NCBI GenBank assembly: GCA_964016885.1
Contig: OZ024740.1
Coordinates: 135,470,001 to 135,534,000, forward strand
Origin: Eledone cirrhosa
Lineage: Eukaryota
Reading direction: 5' to 3'
Length of the DNA: 64,000 nucleotides
Shown here: positions 23,789-34,819 of the stretch, piece by piece
Layout: each line of letters starts with the position of its first letter
How positions within the stretch are numbered: position 1 is the first letter of the stretch
Program-made: the position numbers and the translations under genes
The notes under the pieces: model-generated
What the model was told of the DNA's origin: nothing
Seen by the model: only the letters and a program-made list of their open reading frames with translations
Databases searched by the model: none

Positions 23789-26700
23789 TCAGCATGTACC
23801 CATGGGAGGTCGGGTACCCTGTATTACTGCGTGACGCCAGAAGTCACGGTCGTGTGTCATTGACTTTGAGAGGTGTAGTTGGGTAAGGTCGGCTTTTATC
23901 ACCTCATCCCAAGTCATCTTGGGTCTCCCCACTCCGCGGTTTCCATCAACTTCTAGTGCTCTGCACCTTTTTATGCAGCTGTCATCCTTCATACGCATCA
24001 CATGTCCATACCAGCGTAACCGCCTCTCCTGCACGCAGCATTTGATTCCTCTTATGCTCAGTCTCTCTCTCAATTCATTTATGCTTTGTCGTTCACGTAT
24101 ATTACTGTTACACATCCATCGGAGCATGCAGGCTTCGTTTCTCTCTAATCTACGTAAGTCTTCCACCTTCAGCGCCCAGGTCTCACTACCATGCAACATC
24201 GCTGTTCGGATACACGCATCATACAGTCTGCCTTTCATTCTGAGGGAGAAGCCTTTTGCAGCTAGCAGTGGTAGTAGTTCCCTAAACTTCTTCCATCCCG
24301 TTCTTACCCTAGTTATTGTACTTTCTGAGCACCCACCTCCGTTGCTAATTCGGTCACCTAGGTAGCAGAAGCTGTCTACTGTTTCTACAGGGCCCTCCCA
24401 GAGATTGGTGGTACTTGTTTCCTGTGGCTGTTTGCTTGCTGTTTCAGCACAGCTGCTGCATGTGAATCCTACATTCTTAATTAAGCTTCCTGAGATCCCG
24501 CTACATCTCTTGTGTACCCATTGTTTGCATTTGGGGCAAAGAATGGAGTTCCTACCTACACCTTTCCTACATACTGAGCAAGGCCATTTCCCTGAGGGGA
24601 TCTGGGTTCTGTTTTCTCGTCTACTTATAAGGACCTTAGTCTTTGTCATGTTGACTTTGAGGCCCTTTCTCTCTAGTCCCTGCTTCCAGGTTTGGAATTT
24701 ATTCTCTAGTTCTACCATAGATTCAGCTATGAGTGCGAGGTCATCAGCATACAGGAGTTCCCATGGGCATCCGGTCTTAAACTCCTCCGTTATTGCCTGC
24801 AGGACTATGATGAACAGGAGAGGGCTAAGAACAGAGCCCTGGTGGACCCCAACCTGTACGCTAAATTCCTCGCTATACTCATTGCCAATCCTAACTTTGC
24901 TGACTGCTCCCCTATACATGGCTTGTACCGCTTTCACAAGCCATTCATCTACTCCTAGTTTTCTAAGAGCCCACCAGATTACTGCACGTGGAACTCTGTC
25001 AAAGGCTTTCTCAAGGTCGACAAATGCCAAGTAGAGTGGCTTACTTTTAGCTAGGTACTTTTCCTGTAATTGCCTCACAAGGAAGAGCGCATCAGTGGTG
25101 CCTTTCCCTGGAACAAACCCAAATTGCATCTCGTCTATATTCACCCGGTCCCTAATCAGCTGTGCTATAACTCTTTCTGTTACTTTCATGACCTGGTCCA
25201 TCAACTTTATACCTCTATAGTTTCCTCTATCTAGTGCATCGCCTTTACCTTTGTAGCAGTTGACAATGATGCTACTGCACCAATCTTTTGGTATGGCCCC
25301 CTCTAGTATTACCTGGTTAACGATACGTGTGGTTATAGTGTGACCTACAGACCCAGATGCCTTCAGCATCTCGGCAGCTATACCCGATGGACCGGTTGCC
25401 TTCCCTATCTTCATATCTCTGATTGCCTTACTTACTACGCTGCCGCTGACTTGTACTGCTGGTCCCTCTATAGGGTCTACGTGGGGTAGGGTCTCTTCTT
25501 CCCATGCATTCTCCTCATTTAGTAATCTATCATAATGACTCTTCCATGCATCTTTCTTCTCAGCACTTGTGAGGGCAAGCTCACCTTTATCATTCCGGAT
25601 ACACTTCTCTCCAATGACATCACAACTATCTCTGACACACTGCCTCGCAATCTTGAATACCTCCTGTTTCTGGTCCTCACGTTGTAAAACATGCTTGAAT
25701 TTTCTATCCTCTGCTTCCCTCCTAGCTAAGTATACTTGTCGCCTAGCTTCCCTCTTGGTCTCTATGTAATGTACCCTGCTCCCCCCGTTCTTCCATTCTT
25801 TCCATGCCTGTCTCTTGGCCTTGACTGCTTCATCTACCTTATTGTTCCACCACCAAGTCACTCTCCTCCTGCTTGAGGTCTTACTCCAGCCACAAACCTC
25901 ATCCGTCGCCTCTAGTAAGTTATTTTTTAGGAACTCCCAGTTCTCTTCTACGTTAAATGTCTCTATCTGTTCTTCTTTACTGTCGTAGGCGTTGAGTAAA
26001 ATATCTTTAAATCTGTTACTGGTTGAGGGGACTTTCAGCTTCCAGATCTTTCTTCTCCAGGTTGGCCTCTGTTTCAGGGCTCGTCTAGTTCTGACCGTGA
26101 GGTCGCTGACAACTAAGCTATGTTGGGATGTACATTCCTCACTAGGGAAGGCTTTTGTGTTTACGACCGTCCATCTGTCACGTCCTCTGATGAGGATAAA
26201 ATCTAACTGACTAGAGTGCTCCCCTGATCTATAGGTGATCAGGTGGTTGTCGGGTTTTTTAAAGTTTGTGTTACATATCGACATGTCATTGGCGTCGCAG
26301 AATTCTAGAAGTCTGAATCCTTCCTCATTCCTTGTGCCAACTCCATGGCCTCCATGTACTCTATTGAAGCCGTCGCAGTGTTTACCTACGTGTCCGTTAA
26401 AATCTCCTGCAATGATTAGGAAGTCCTTGTCGTCTGTTAGAGCAGTAGTGTGTATTAGGGACTCGTAAAACCTATCCTTAAGTTCGTCTGGCAGCCCCGA
26501 TTGGGGTGCGTAAGCTGATATTATTGTGGTAATTGTCTTATTCAGGACTAGTCTGAGTTTAATGATTCTTGCATTTACCCTGTACACTGAGATTACTTTA
26601 TCTACCCACTTGTCAGCTAATAGTATACCTACACCACCCATCCCATCGTCATTTCCCACCCAGAAAAATTTGTAGCACTGGCTTTTTCCTACAAGGACTC

Positions 26701-26908
26701 TAGCAGACCCTCCTCTCCATCTAGTCTCTTGCACACAGCATACATCAACTTCCTTTCGCTCTAGCATTTCTACGATTTCTCCTGCTCTTCCTTTCATTGA
26801 GCCTACATTGATGGTACCAACTCGGAGTTTTGGGCATTTGTCGACACTCGTAGGGGAGGGTCTCTGGGTTGGCGCTTCACGTGGGTGCTTGGTAGCTCGC
26901 AGATTCAT
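23789..26908 (-). CDS. Intact RTE-B ORF: APE endonuclease + RT with internal PHD finger (1039 aa)
   Basis: ATG start; RVGTINVG, VQETRW, GDFNGH, FVDLEKAFD, LYADD, FCYLG; CSVC/CPKC/HKRC/CSSC. Confidence 0.95.
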   Translation of the reverse strand: MNLRATKHPREAPTQRPSPTSVDKCPKLRVGTINVGSMKGRAGEIVEMLERKEVDVCCVQETRWRGGSARVLVGKSQCYKFFWVGNDDGMGGVGILLADKWVDKVISVYRVNARIIKLRLVLNKTITTIISAYAPQSGLPDELKDRFYESLIHTTALTDDKDFLIIAGDFNGHVGKHCDGFNRVHGGHGVGTRNEEGFRLLEFCDANDMSICNTNFKKPDNHLITYRSGEHSSQLDFILIRGRDRWTVVNTKAFPSEECTSQHSLVVSDLTVRTRRALKQRPTWRRKIWKLKVPSTSNRFKDILLNAYDSKEEQIETFNVEENWEFLKNNLLEATDEVCGWSKTSSRRRVTWWWNNKVDEAVKAKRQAWKEWKNGGSRVHYIETKREARRQVYLARREAEDRKFKHVLQREDQKQEVFKIARQCVRDSCDVIGEKCIRNDKGELALTSAEKKDAWKSHYDRLLNEENAWEEETLPHVDPIEGPAVQVSGSVVSKAIRDMKIGKATGPSGIAAEMLKASGSVGHTITTRIVNQVILEGAIPKDWCSSIIVNCYKGKGDALDRGNYRGIKLMDQVMKVTERVIAQLIRDRVNIDEMQFGFVPGKGTTDALFLVRQLQEKYLAKSKPLYLAFVDLEKAFDRVPRAVIWWALRKLGVDEWLVKAVQAMYRGAVSKVRIGNEYSEEFSVQVGVHQGSVLSPLLFIIVLQAITEEFKTGCPWELLYADDLALIAESMVELENKFQTWKQGLERKGLKVNMTKTKVLISRRENRTQIPSGKWPCSVCRKGVGRNSILCPKCKQWVHKRCSGISGSLIKNVGFTCSSCAETASKQPQETSTTNLWEGPVETVDSFCYLGDRISNGGGCSESTITRVRTGWKKFRELLPLLAAKGFSLRMKGRLYDACIRTAMLHGSETWALKVEDLRRLERNEACMLRWMCNSNIRERQSINELRERLSIRGIKCCVQERRLRWYGHVMRMKDDSCIKRCRALEVDGNRGVGRPKMTWDEVIKADLTQLHLSKSMTHDRDFWRHAVIQGTRPPMGTC

Positions 26909-27160
26909 ATTTCATCTATTGATTCAGAGTTGCTCGTGTATTCCCAGCTCATCCATCCATAACGGTGGGAAAATTGAGGGCTAGAAGGACAGTGGTGGTG
27001 GGGTAATGGCAGGGTGTGTTGGGATGCGCCAGAGGAGGAGAGAGTTAGTTAGGCAGGTAGTAGCAGCAGCAGCAGTGGAAATGGCATGCTAGGTTTGATT
27101 GGTCGAATAGACTATGGTGGTGTGTGGGGGTGGGGGGGAGGGGGGGAGGGAAATTGTGAG

Positions 27161-30100
27161 GTAGGAACTGAGGGTCGCATGGTAAATATCCAAGTTAATA
27201 CTACATCAGTAAAATTAACAATAATAACGTCATGAAAAAAGCTACTAAGAGAAACCCTCGAAAATTTATCGCTAATACAGCAGGGAAAATTTAACGCTAA
27301 TACAGCAGGGAACATCATAATATTAACGACATGAAAAAGCTACTAAGAGAAACCCTCGAGAATTTATCGCTAATACAGCAGGGAAAATTTAACGCTAATA
27401 CAGCAGGGAACATCATAATATTAACGACATGAAAAAGCTACTAAGAGAAACCCTCGAAAATTTATCGCTAATACAGCAGGGAAAATTTAACGCTAATACA
27501 GCAGGGAACATCATAATATTAACGACATGAAAAAGCTACTAAGAGAAACCCTCGAGAATTTATCGCTAATACAGCAGGGAAAATTTAACGCTAATACAGC
27601 AGGGAACATCATAATATTAACGACATGAAAAAGCTACTAAGAGAAACCCTCGAAAATTTATCGCTAATACAGCAGGGAAAATTTAACGCTAATACAGCAG
27701 GGAACATCATAATATTAACGACAATATGTAGGCTAAAATACCTTCGTAGATTAGGTGGATGGCTGGCTGGGAAAATTGAACCAGCTCTAGTGGTACATTT
27801 TAGCAGAGAAGAATGGCAAAGTGTCTTATCTCTTCAATATTTTCAGATTGAATGAATTAGGTTAAAGACAGGGTAGTAAGCCTTAAAGAAGTGCATAGAG
27901 GGAGGGGGGGGGGTAGGAACTGAGGGTCGCATGGTAAATAACTGAGAGAGATACAATAGGATTAGAATACCGCATGGTAAATATCCAAGTTAATAAGTTA
28001 ATACTACATCAGTAAAATTAACAATAATAACGTCATGAAAAAAGCTACTAAGAGAAACCCTCGAAAATTTATCGCTAATACAGCAGGGAAAATTTAACGC
28101 TAATACAGCAGGGAACATCATAATATTAACGACATGAAAAAGCTACTAAGAGAAACCCTCGAGAATTTATCGCTAATACAGCAGGGAAAATTTAACGCTA
28201 ATACAGCAGGGAACATCATAATATTAACGACATGAAAAAGCTACTAAGAGAAACCCTCGAAAATTTATCGCTAATACAGCAGGGAAAATTTAACGCTAAT
28301 ACAGCAGGGAACATCATAATATTAACGACAATATGTAGGCTAAAATACCTTCGTAGATTAGGTGGATGGCTGGCTGGGAAAATTGAACCAGCTCTAGTGG
28401 TACATTTTAGCAGAGAAGAATGGCAAAGTGTCTTATCTCTTCAATATTTTCAGATTGAATGAATTAGGTTAAAGACAGGGTAGTAAGCCTTAAAGAAGTG
28501 CATAGAGGGGGGGGGGGGGTAGGAACTGAGGGTCGCATGGTAAATAACTGAGAGAGATACAATAGGATTAGAATACCGCATGGTAAATATCCAAGTTAAT
28601 AAGTTAATACTACATCAGTAAAATTAACAATAATAACGTCATGAAAAAAGCTACTAAGAGAAACCCTCGAAAATTTATCGCTAATACAGCAGGGAAAATT
28701 TAACGCTAATACAGCAGGGAACATCATAATATTAACGACATGAAAAAGCTACTAAGAGAAACCCTCGAGAATTTATCGCTAATACAGCAGGGAAAATTTA
28801 ACGCTAATACAGCAGGGAACATCATAATATTAACGACATGAAAAAGCTACTAAGAGAAACCCTCGAAAATTTATCGCTAATACAGCAGGGAAAATTTAAC
28901 GCTAATACAGCAGGGAACATCATAATATTAACGACAATATGTAGGCTAAAATACCTTCGTAGATTAGGTGGATGGCTGGCTGGGAAAATTGAACCAGCTC
29001 TAGTGGTACATTTTAGCAGAGAAGAATGGCAAAGTGTCTTATCTCTTCAATATTTTCAGATTGAATGAATTAGGTTAAAGACAGGGTAGTAAGCCTTAAA
29101 GAAGTGCATAGAGGGGGGGGGGTAGGAACTGAGGGTCGCATGGTAAATAACTGAGAGAGATACAATAGGATTAGAATACCGCATGGTAAATATCCAAGTT
29201 AATAAGTTAATACTACATCAGTAAAATTAACAATAATAACGTCATGAAAAAAGCTACTAAGAGAAACCCTCGAAAATTTATCGCTAATACAGCAGGGAAA
29301 ATTTAACGCTAATACAGCAGGGAACATCATAATATTAACGACATGAAAAAGCTACTAAGAGAAACCCTCGAAAATTTATCGCTAATACAGCAGGGAAAAT
29401 TTAACGCTAATACAGCAGGGAACATCATAATATTAACGACAATATGTAGGCTAAAATACCTTCGTAGATTAGGTGGATGGCTGGCTGGGAAAATTTGAAT
29501 CAGCTCAGTGGTACATTTTAGCAGAGAAGAATGGCAAAGTGTCTTATCTCTTCAATATTTTCAGATTGAATGAATTAGGTTAAAGACAGGGTAGTAAGCC
29601 TTAAAGAAGTGCATAGAGGGGGGGGGTAGGAACTGAGGGTCGCATGGTAAATAACTGAGAGAGATACAATAGGATTAGAATACCGCATGGTAAATATCCA
29701 AGTTAATAAGTTAATACTACATCAGTAAAATTAACAATAATAACGTCATGAAAAAAGCTACTAAGAGAAACCCTCGAAAATTTATCGCTAATACAGCAGG
29801 GAAAATTTAACGCTAATACAGCAGGGAACATCATAATATTAACGACATGAAAAAGCTACTAAGAGAAACCCTCGAAAATTTATCGCTAATACAGCAGGGA
29901 AAATTTAACGCTAATACAGCAGGGAACATCATAATATTAACGACAATATGTAGGCTAAAATACCTTCGTAGATTAGGTGGATGGCTGGCTGGGAAAATTT
30001 GAATCAGCTCAGTGGTACATTTTAGCAGAGAAGAATGGCAAAGTGTCTTATCTCTTCAATATTTTCAGATTGAATGAATTAGGTTAAAGACAGGGTAGTA

Positions 30101-30867
30101 AGCCTTAAAGAAGTGCATAGAGGGGGGGGGGGGTAGGAACTGAGGGTCGCATGGTAAATAACTGAGAGAGATACAATAGGATTAGAATACCGCATGGTAA
30201 ATATCCAAGTTAATAAGTTAATACTACATCAGTAAAATTAACAATAATAACGTCATGAAAAAAGCTACTAAGAGAAACCCTCGAAAATTTATCGCTAATA
30301 CAGCAGGGAAAATTTAACGCTAATACAGCAGGGAACATCATAATATTAACGACATGAAAAAGCTACTAAGAGAAACCCTCGAGAATTTATCGCTAATACA
30401 GCAGGGAAAATTTAACGCTAATACAGCAGGGAACATCATAATATTAACGACATGAAAAAGCTACTAAGAGAAACCCTCGAAAATTTATCGCTAATACAGC
30501 AGGGAAAATTTAACGCTAATACAGCAGGGAACATCATAATATTAACGACAATATGTAGGCTAAAATACCTTCGTAGATTAGGTGGATGGCTGGCTGGGAA
30601 AATTGAACCAGCTCTAGTGGTACATTTTAGCAGAGAAGAATGGCAAAGTGTCTTATCTCTTCAATATTTTCAGATTGAATGAATTAGGTTAAAGACAGGG
30701 TAGTAAGCCTTAAAGAAGTGCATAGAGGGGGGGGGGGGGGGTAGGAACTGAGGGTCGCATGGTAAATAACTGAGAGAGATACAATAGGATTAGAATACCG
30801 CATGGTAAATATCCAAGTTAATAAGTTAATACTACATCAGTAAAATTAACAATAATAACGTCATGAC
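27161..30867. repeat. Higher-order tandem array: 6 full units (~752, 606, 603, 504, 507, 608 bp) plus a partial unit, each full unit with 2-5 copies of a 98-bp subrepeat
   Basis: GTAGGAACTGAGGGTCGCATGG at 27161, 27913, 28519, 29122, 29626, 30133, 30741; subrepeat starts at 27331, 27429, 27527, 27625. Confidence 0.95.
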
Positions 30868-30869
30868 GT

Positions 30870-31870
30870 ACAATCATAAATTGCTACAAGGATAAAGGTA
30901 ATGTTCTAGAAAGGAGCAACTATAGAGGAATAAAACTAATGGACTAAGTTATGAAAGTGACGGAAAGAGTTACAGCACAGCTAATTAGGGAAAGAGTCAC
31001 ATTAGACGAGATGCAGTTTGGTTTCATGCCTGGGAAAAGTACTATGGATGCTCCTCTTCTTAGACAATTACAAGAGAAATTCTTAATCAAGAATAAGACG
31101 CTATATTTAGCTTTTGTTGATCTATATAAGGCTTTGACAGAGTACCTTGATCTATTATATGGTGGTCCTTAAAGAAATTAGGTGTAGAAGAATGGCTTGT
31201 GAGATCAGTGCAAGACAGATAAATATCTGTAAAGTAAGGGTAGCAAGTTTAGTGAGGAATTCATGGTTCAGGTAGGAGCTTGGTTCTTAGTTTACTACTA
31301 TTTGTCATAGTTCTCCAGGCCATAATAGAGAGGAGTTTATGACTGTCTGTCCATGGGAATTTTTTTACATGGATAATCTGATCCTTATAGCTGAATTCAT
31401 AAAAGAACTAGTGAATAAGTTCTGACTATAGAAATAGAATTTGGCATAAAAAGGTCTGAGAGTAAACTTATCCAAAACTAAAGTGCTAGTAAGTAGGAAA
31501 GAAAATAGGACTCTGATTCCCCCAGGGAAGTGGCCCTGCTCAATATGTAGAAACGGAATAGGCATAAACTCTATATGTAAGTGTAAGTCCTGGGTATGCA
31601 AGAGATGTAGTGGGATAATGAGTAGACAAACAGGAAGGGAAGACTTTGTATGTAGATGTACAGGAGAAATCAAGGATATAAACCTTTTTCAATCACAGGA
31701 AGGATCCATAGAAGTGATTGATAGCTTCTGCTATCTAGGTGACCTTATTAGCAGTGGATGTGAGTGTTCTGAGTGCATAATAGCTAGAATAAGGAAGTTT
31801 AGAGAGCCAGTCCCACTGTTGACAACAACAGATTTCTCCCTACATACAAAAGGATAACAGTATGATACCT
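30870..31870 (+). pseudogene. Old degenerate RTE, right half (starts TIINCYK..), including a degenerate PHD finger
   Basis: NYRGIKLMD*VMKV, LAFVDL, GKWPCSICRNG, DSFCYLG; continues the frame broken at 21329. Confidence 0.85.
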
Positions 31871-32065
31871 AAAAGGGAAATAATACCAGATAGTGAGTTT
31901 GGCTTACTTTGAACTTATCTCTATTGTGCTTGTAGCATGTAGCATTAATAAAATAATTAGCAATACTTGAATAGAATTAATGGTCAAAGCTAAAATTATA
32001 TCTGATGGGTCAACACCAAAGATTTAATTGGTTAAAGTTATTCTTAAGGTCACGTTTATGGCGAC
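31871..32065 (+). repeat. Left arm of a ~190-bp inverted repeat (right arm 37720-37908)
   Basis: ATACCAGATAGTGAGTTTGGCTTAC.. vs ..GTAAGCCAAACTCACTATCTGGTAT. Confidence 0.8.
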
Positions 32066-32125
32066 ATACATATATATATATATATATCATCATATATATA
32101 TATCATCATATATATATATACATAT

Positions 32126-32157
<32 letters not shown>

Positions 32158-32161
<4 letters not shown>

Positions 32162-32961
32162 GGAAAAAATGAAACAAAATTTCATTTCCCACTCTTAGTA
32201 CTGCTGTTACTTAAATATAAGTATGTATACGTACATACATATATGTATACCGATGTACAGTAGTATGTATATATATATACATACATGCACACATATATAT
32301 ATGTACGTATGGATTCACCAAACATTCATTACAATGCTCGGTGTGTTTGTAAACAAACATCCCGTATTAAGCCGTAGTGTCTAGCAACCACCGTTGCTCG
32401 TTTGTTCAACACTGACAAAGGAACGCTGTACTAGTTTCAAGCTTGTCAGCTATCGTCAGCAACGTATACCTTCCTGCCAGATGGTTGAACGTCCGAAAGT
32501 ATATACTTTCCTTATGCATATTAACGGCTGAGTAGCTCAATTTGCATATCGAGTGGGTTAATCGGCCGGGTGCACCGAAAACGATAAACGGAAAAAATGA
32601 AACGAAATTTCATTTCCCACTCTTAGTACGGCTGTTACTTAAATATAAGTATGTATACGTACATACATATATGTATACAGATGTACAGTAGTATGTATAT
32701 ATATATACATACATGCACACATATATATATGTACGTATGGATTCACCAAACATTCATTACAATGCTCGGTGTGTTTGTAAACAAACATCCCGTATTAAGC
32801 CGTAGTGTCTAGCAACCACCGTTGCTCATTTGTTCAACACTGACAAAGGAACGCTGTACTAGTTTCAAGCTTGTTAGCTATCGTCAGCAACGTATATCTT
32901 CTGCCAGATGGTTGAACGTCCGAAAGTATATACTTTCCTTATGCATATTAATGGCTGAGTA
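32158..32961 (-). mobile_element. Tandem dimer (428-bp period) of the hammerhead-bearing non-coding repeat
   Basis: Units start at 32158 and 32586; hammerhead motifs at 32424-32464 and 32852-32892 (CGTTG-CTGACGA-T-AGCT..AGCT-T-GAA-ACTAGT-A-CAGCG). Confidence 0.8.
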
Positions 32962-32978
32962 ATATTTCATTTTTTCCA

Positions 32979-33065
32979 ATGTTGACAGCTAATAGTTACC
33001 TCCGTTCTATCGTTAATCGGTAACAATAGAACGATAGAACGGAGGTAACTATTAGCTGTCAACAT
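32979..33065. other. Perfect 36-bp-stem hairpin with 15-nt loop
   Basis: 32979-33014 is the exact reverse complement of 33030-33065. Confidence 0.95.
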
Positions 33066-33488
33066 CGAAGAGCTAATTCCTTCGCCAATAGAATATTTGA
33101 CCCAACTTAGTCATCTAGCCCCATTTTTACTTGTAGCTAATAAGTTAAATAGCTATGACTAACTTAGATAATTATAAATTACCTCCCCTACATTGTCTCT
33201 CAATTAAAAAATTTTAAAATCAGCACTTAACTATAAACTACCCACAATTTCTAATCTCTCAAGGAGTTACTTCCCCTGAAACCACCCTCTAATTAGTAAG
33301 GTAAATATGTCCTTTGGCAGCCATCTTGTTACCCATAGGCAGATCTCACACAATGCAGCCTCGACAGATGAATACTGCTTGATTATGGCTGACAAATGAT
33401 GCAACCAAGACACCATAGTAAAAAACCAATATATGGAACATTATATTATGTAACATTCTCTCATTATTTTAATTTATATTCCTTTGAA

Positions 33489-33607
33489 GTTCCGATGAGC
33501 CGCTCTGTTTTTAAATATGTTAATTATTTTCAACTGAACCAGATCAATTATGATATATAGTCATCTGATCCAGAAATATTATATGGAGTAGCGAAACAAT
33601 TGTAAAC
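33489..33607 (+). ncRNA. Hammerhead-like motif with long stem II
   Basis: GTT-CCGATGA-GCCGCTC..GAGTAGC-GAA-ACAATTGT-A-AAC. Confidence 0.55.
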
Positions 33608-33775
33608 GGACATTATTATTATTAATATTATTATTATTATTCTCTACATTCCTTACATCAAACTAAAATATGTTGACAATCTTTTAATAATGTCTTCCTT
33701 GTGAAATTTTTGGTCTTGTTTTGCTTAACTAATGAATATTTCCAGCTCTGCGCACCTAACTTCTGCATGAGTATA

Positions 33776-33837
<62 letters not shown>

Positions 33838-33867
33838 AACAAAAGATGGTTAAAAGAGTTCCATGTA

Positions 33868-33934
33868 TTTTATTATGCGCATTTCAAAAACAAATATCAT
33901 CATGTAATAATATTTGTGTTTTCATCAGATAAAA
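33868..33934 (-). ncRNA. Minimal type I hammerhead ribozyme
   Basis: TTTTAT-CTGATGA-AAACACAAATAT..ATATTTGTTTTT-GAA-ATGCGCAT-A-ATAAAA; 6-bp stem I, palindromic stem III. Confidence 0.7.
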
Positions 33935-34100
33935 CAGGAAGACATGATATGAAGGTTAAAAAACACTTGTGGATAGTGCAGTTTTAAATCAACATATATA
34001 TTCTTATATATTATGTATACTCCAGTCCTACAAACTGTAGAGTGCTTCTTATACGATATCTGCATTGCTTTATTGTACTACAATAAAACTCACCTACTAC

Positions 34101-34166
<66 letters not shown>

Positions 34167-34395
34167 AAACGAGGAATGAGGGAAGTGTGGTAAGGGACCA
34201 GGTGGGCCATAACACACCAGAGTACTCGATACTTTGGGTAGTAGAGTGGGTAATAGGAAAAGAGTCAGGACCCCGACGGCAGAGCTCAAGCCGTTTCAAC
34301 AGCTATTTCTGGACTAACACATACATAGACATAAACACACACACACACACACCCACATACATAAATATATATATATATATACACACACACACATA

Positions 34396-34428
<33 letters not shown>

Positions 34429-34761
34429 TTATATATGTGTGTGTGTTATGTCTATGTATGTGTTTATACATGTATATATCTGTATTATATAGATAGCTGT
34501 GACCTGCTAATAAGAGCCTATCCAACGCACCCATTCTACACTGCCTTTTTTTCATTTTGTTTTTTCTTTTTAATTGTTTTCTTCTTTTCTGTCTTTTCCT
34601 CTTTGTTGCCACTCCATTTATTTTCCTTTCTTCTTCCCCTTCTTCTCTTCCCACTTCTCGTTTCCCTTAAATTTGAGACACCCGTCCTCATGAAGGCTAG
34701 AAGAAGTAACTAGCCAGAACTACCTGAACTTGTAGTCAATCCTCTACTTCACTAATATATA

Positions 34762-34818
<57 letters not shown>

Positions 34819-34819
34819 T

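Noticed and set aside
27232-27722. CRISPR-like appearance of regular 98-bp repeats
   Set aside because: No unique spacers, no cas genes, eukaryotic context
27625-30682. Four identical 76-aa ORFs (MKKLLRETLE..) resembling a tandem gene array
   Set aside because: They arise from array monomers, lie antisense to the LINE, are frameshifted in two units and show no recognisable domain
32540-32547. Octamer ATTTGCAT suggesting an snRNA-type promoter
   Set aside because: Single 8-mer in AT-rich DNA with no identifiable PSE
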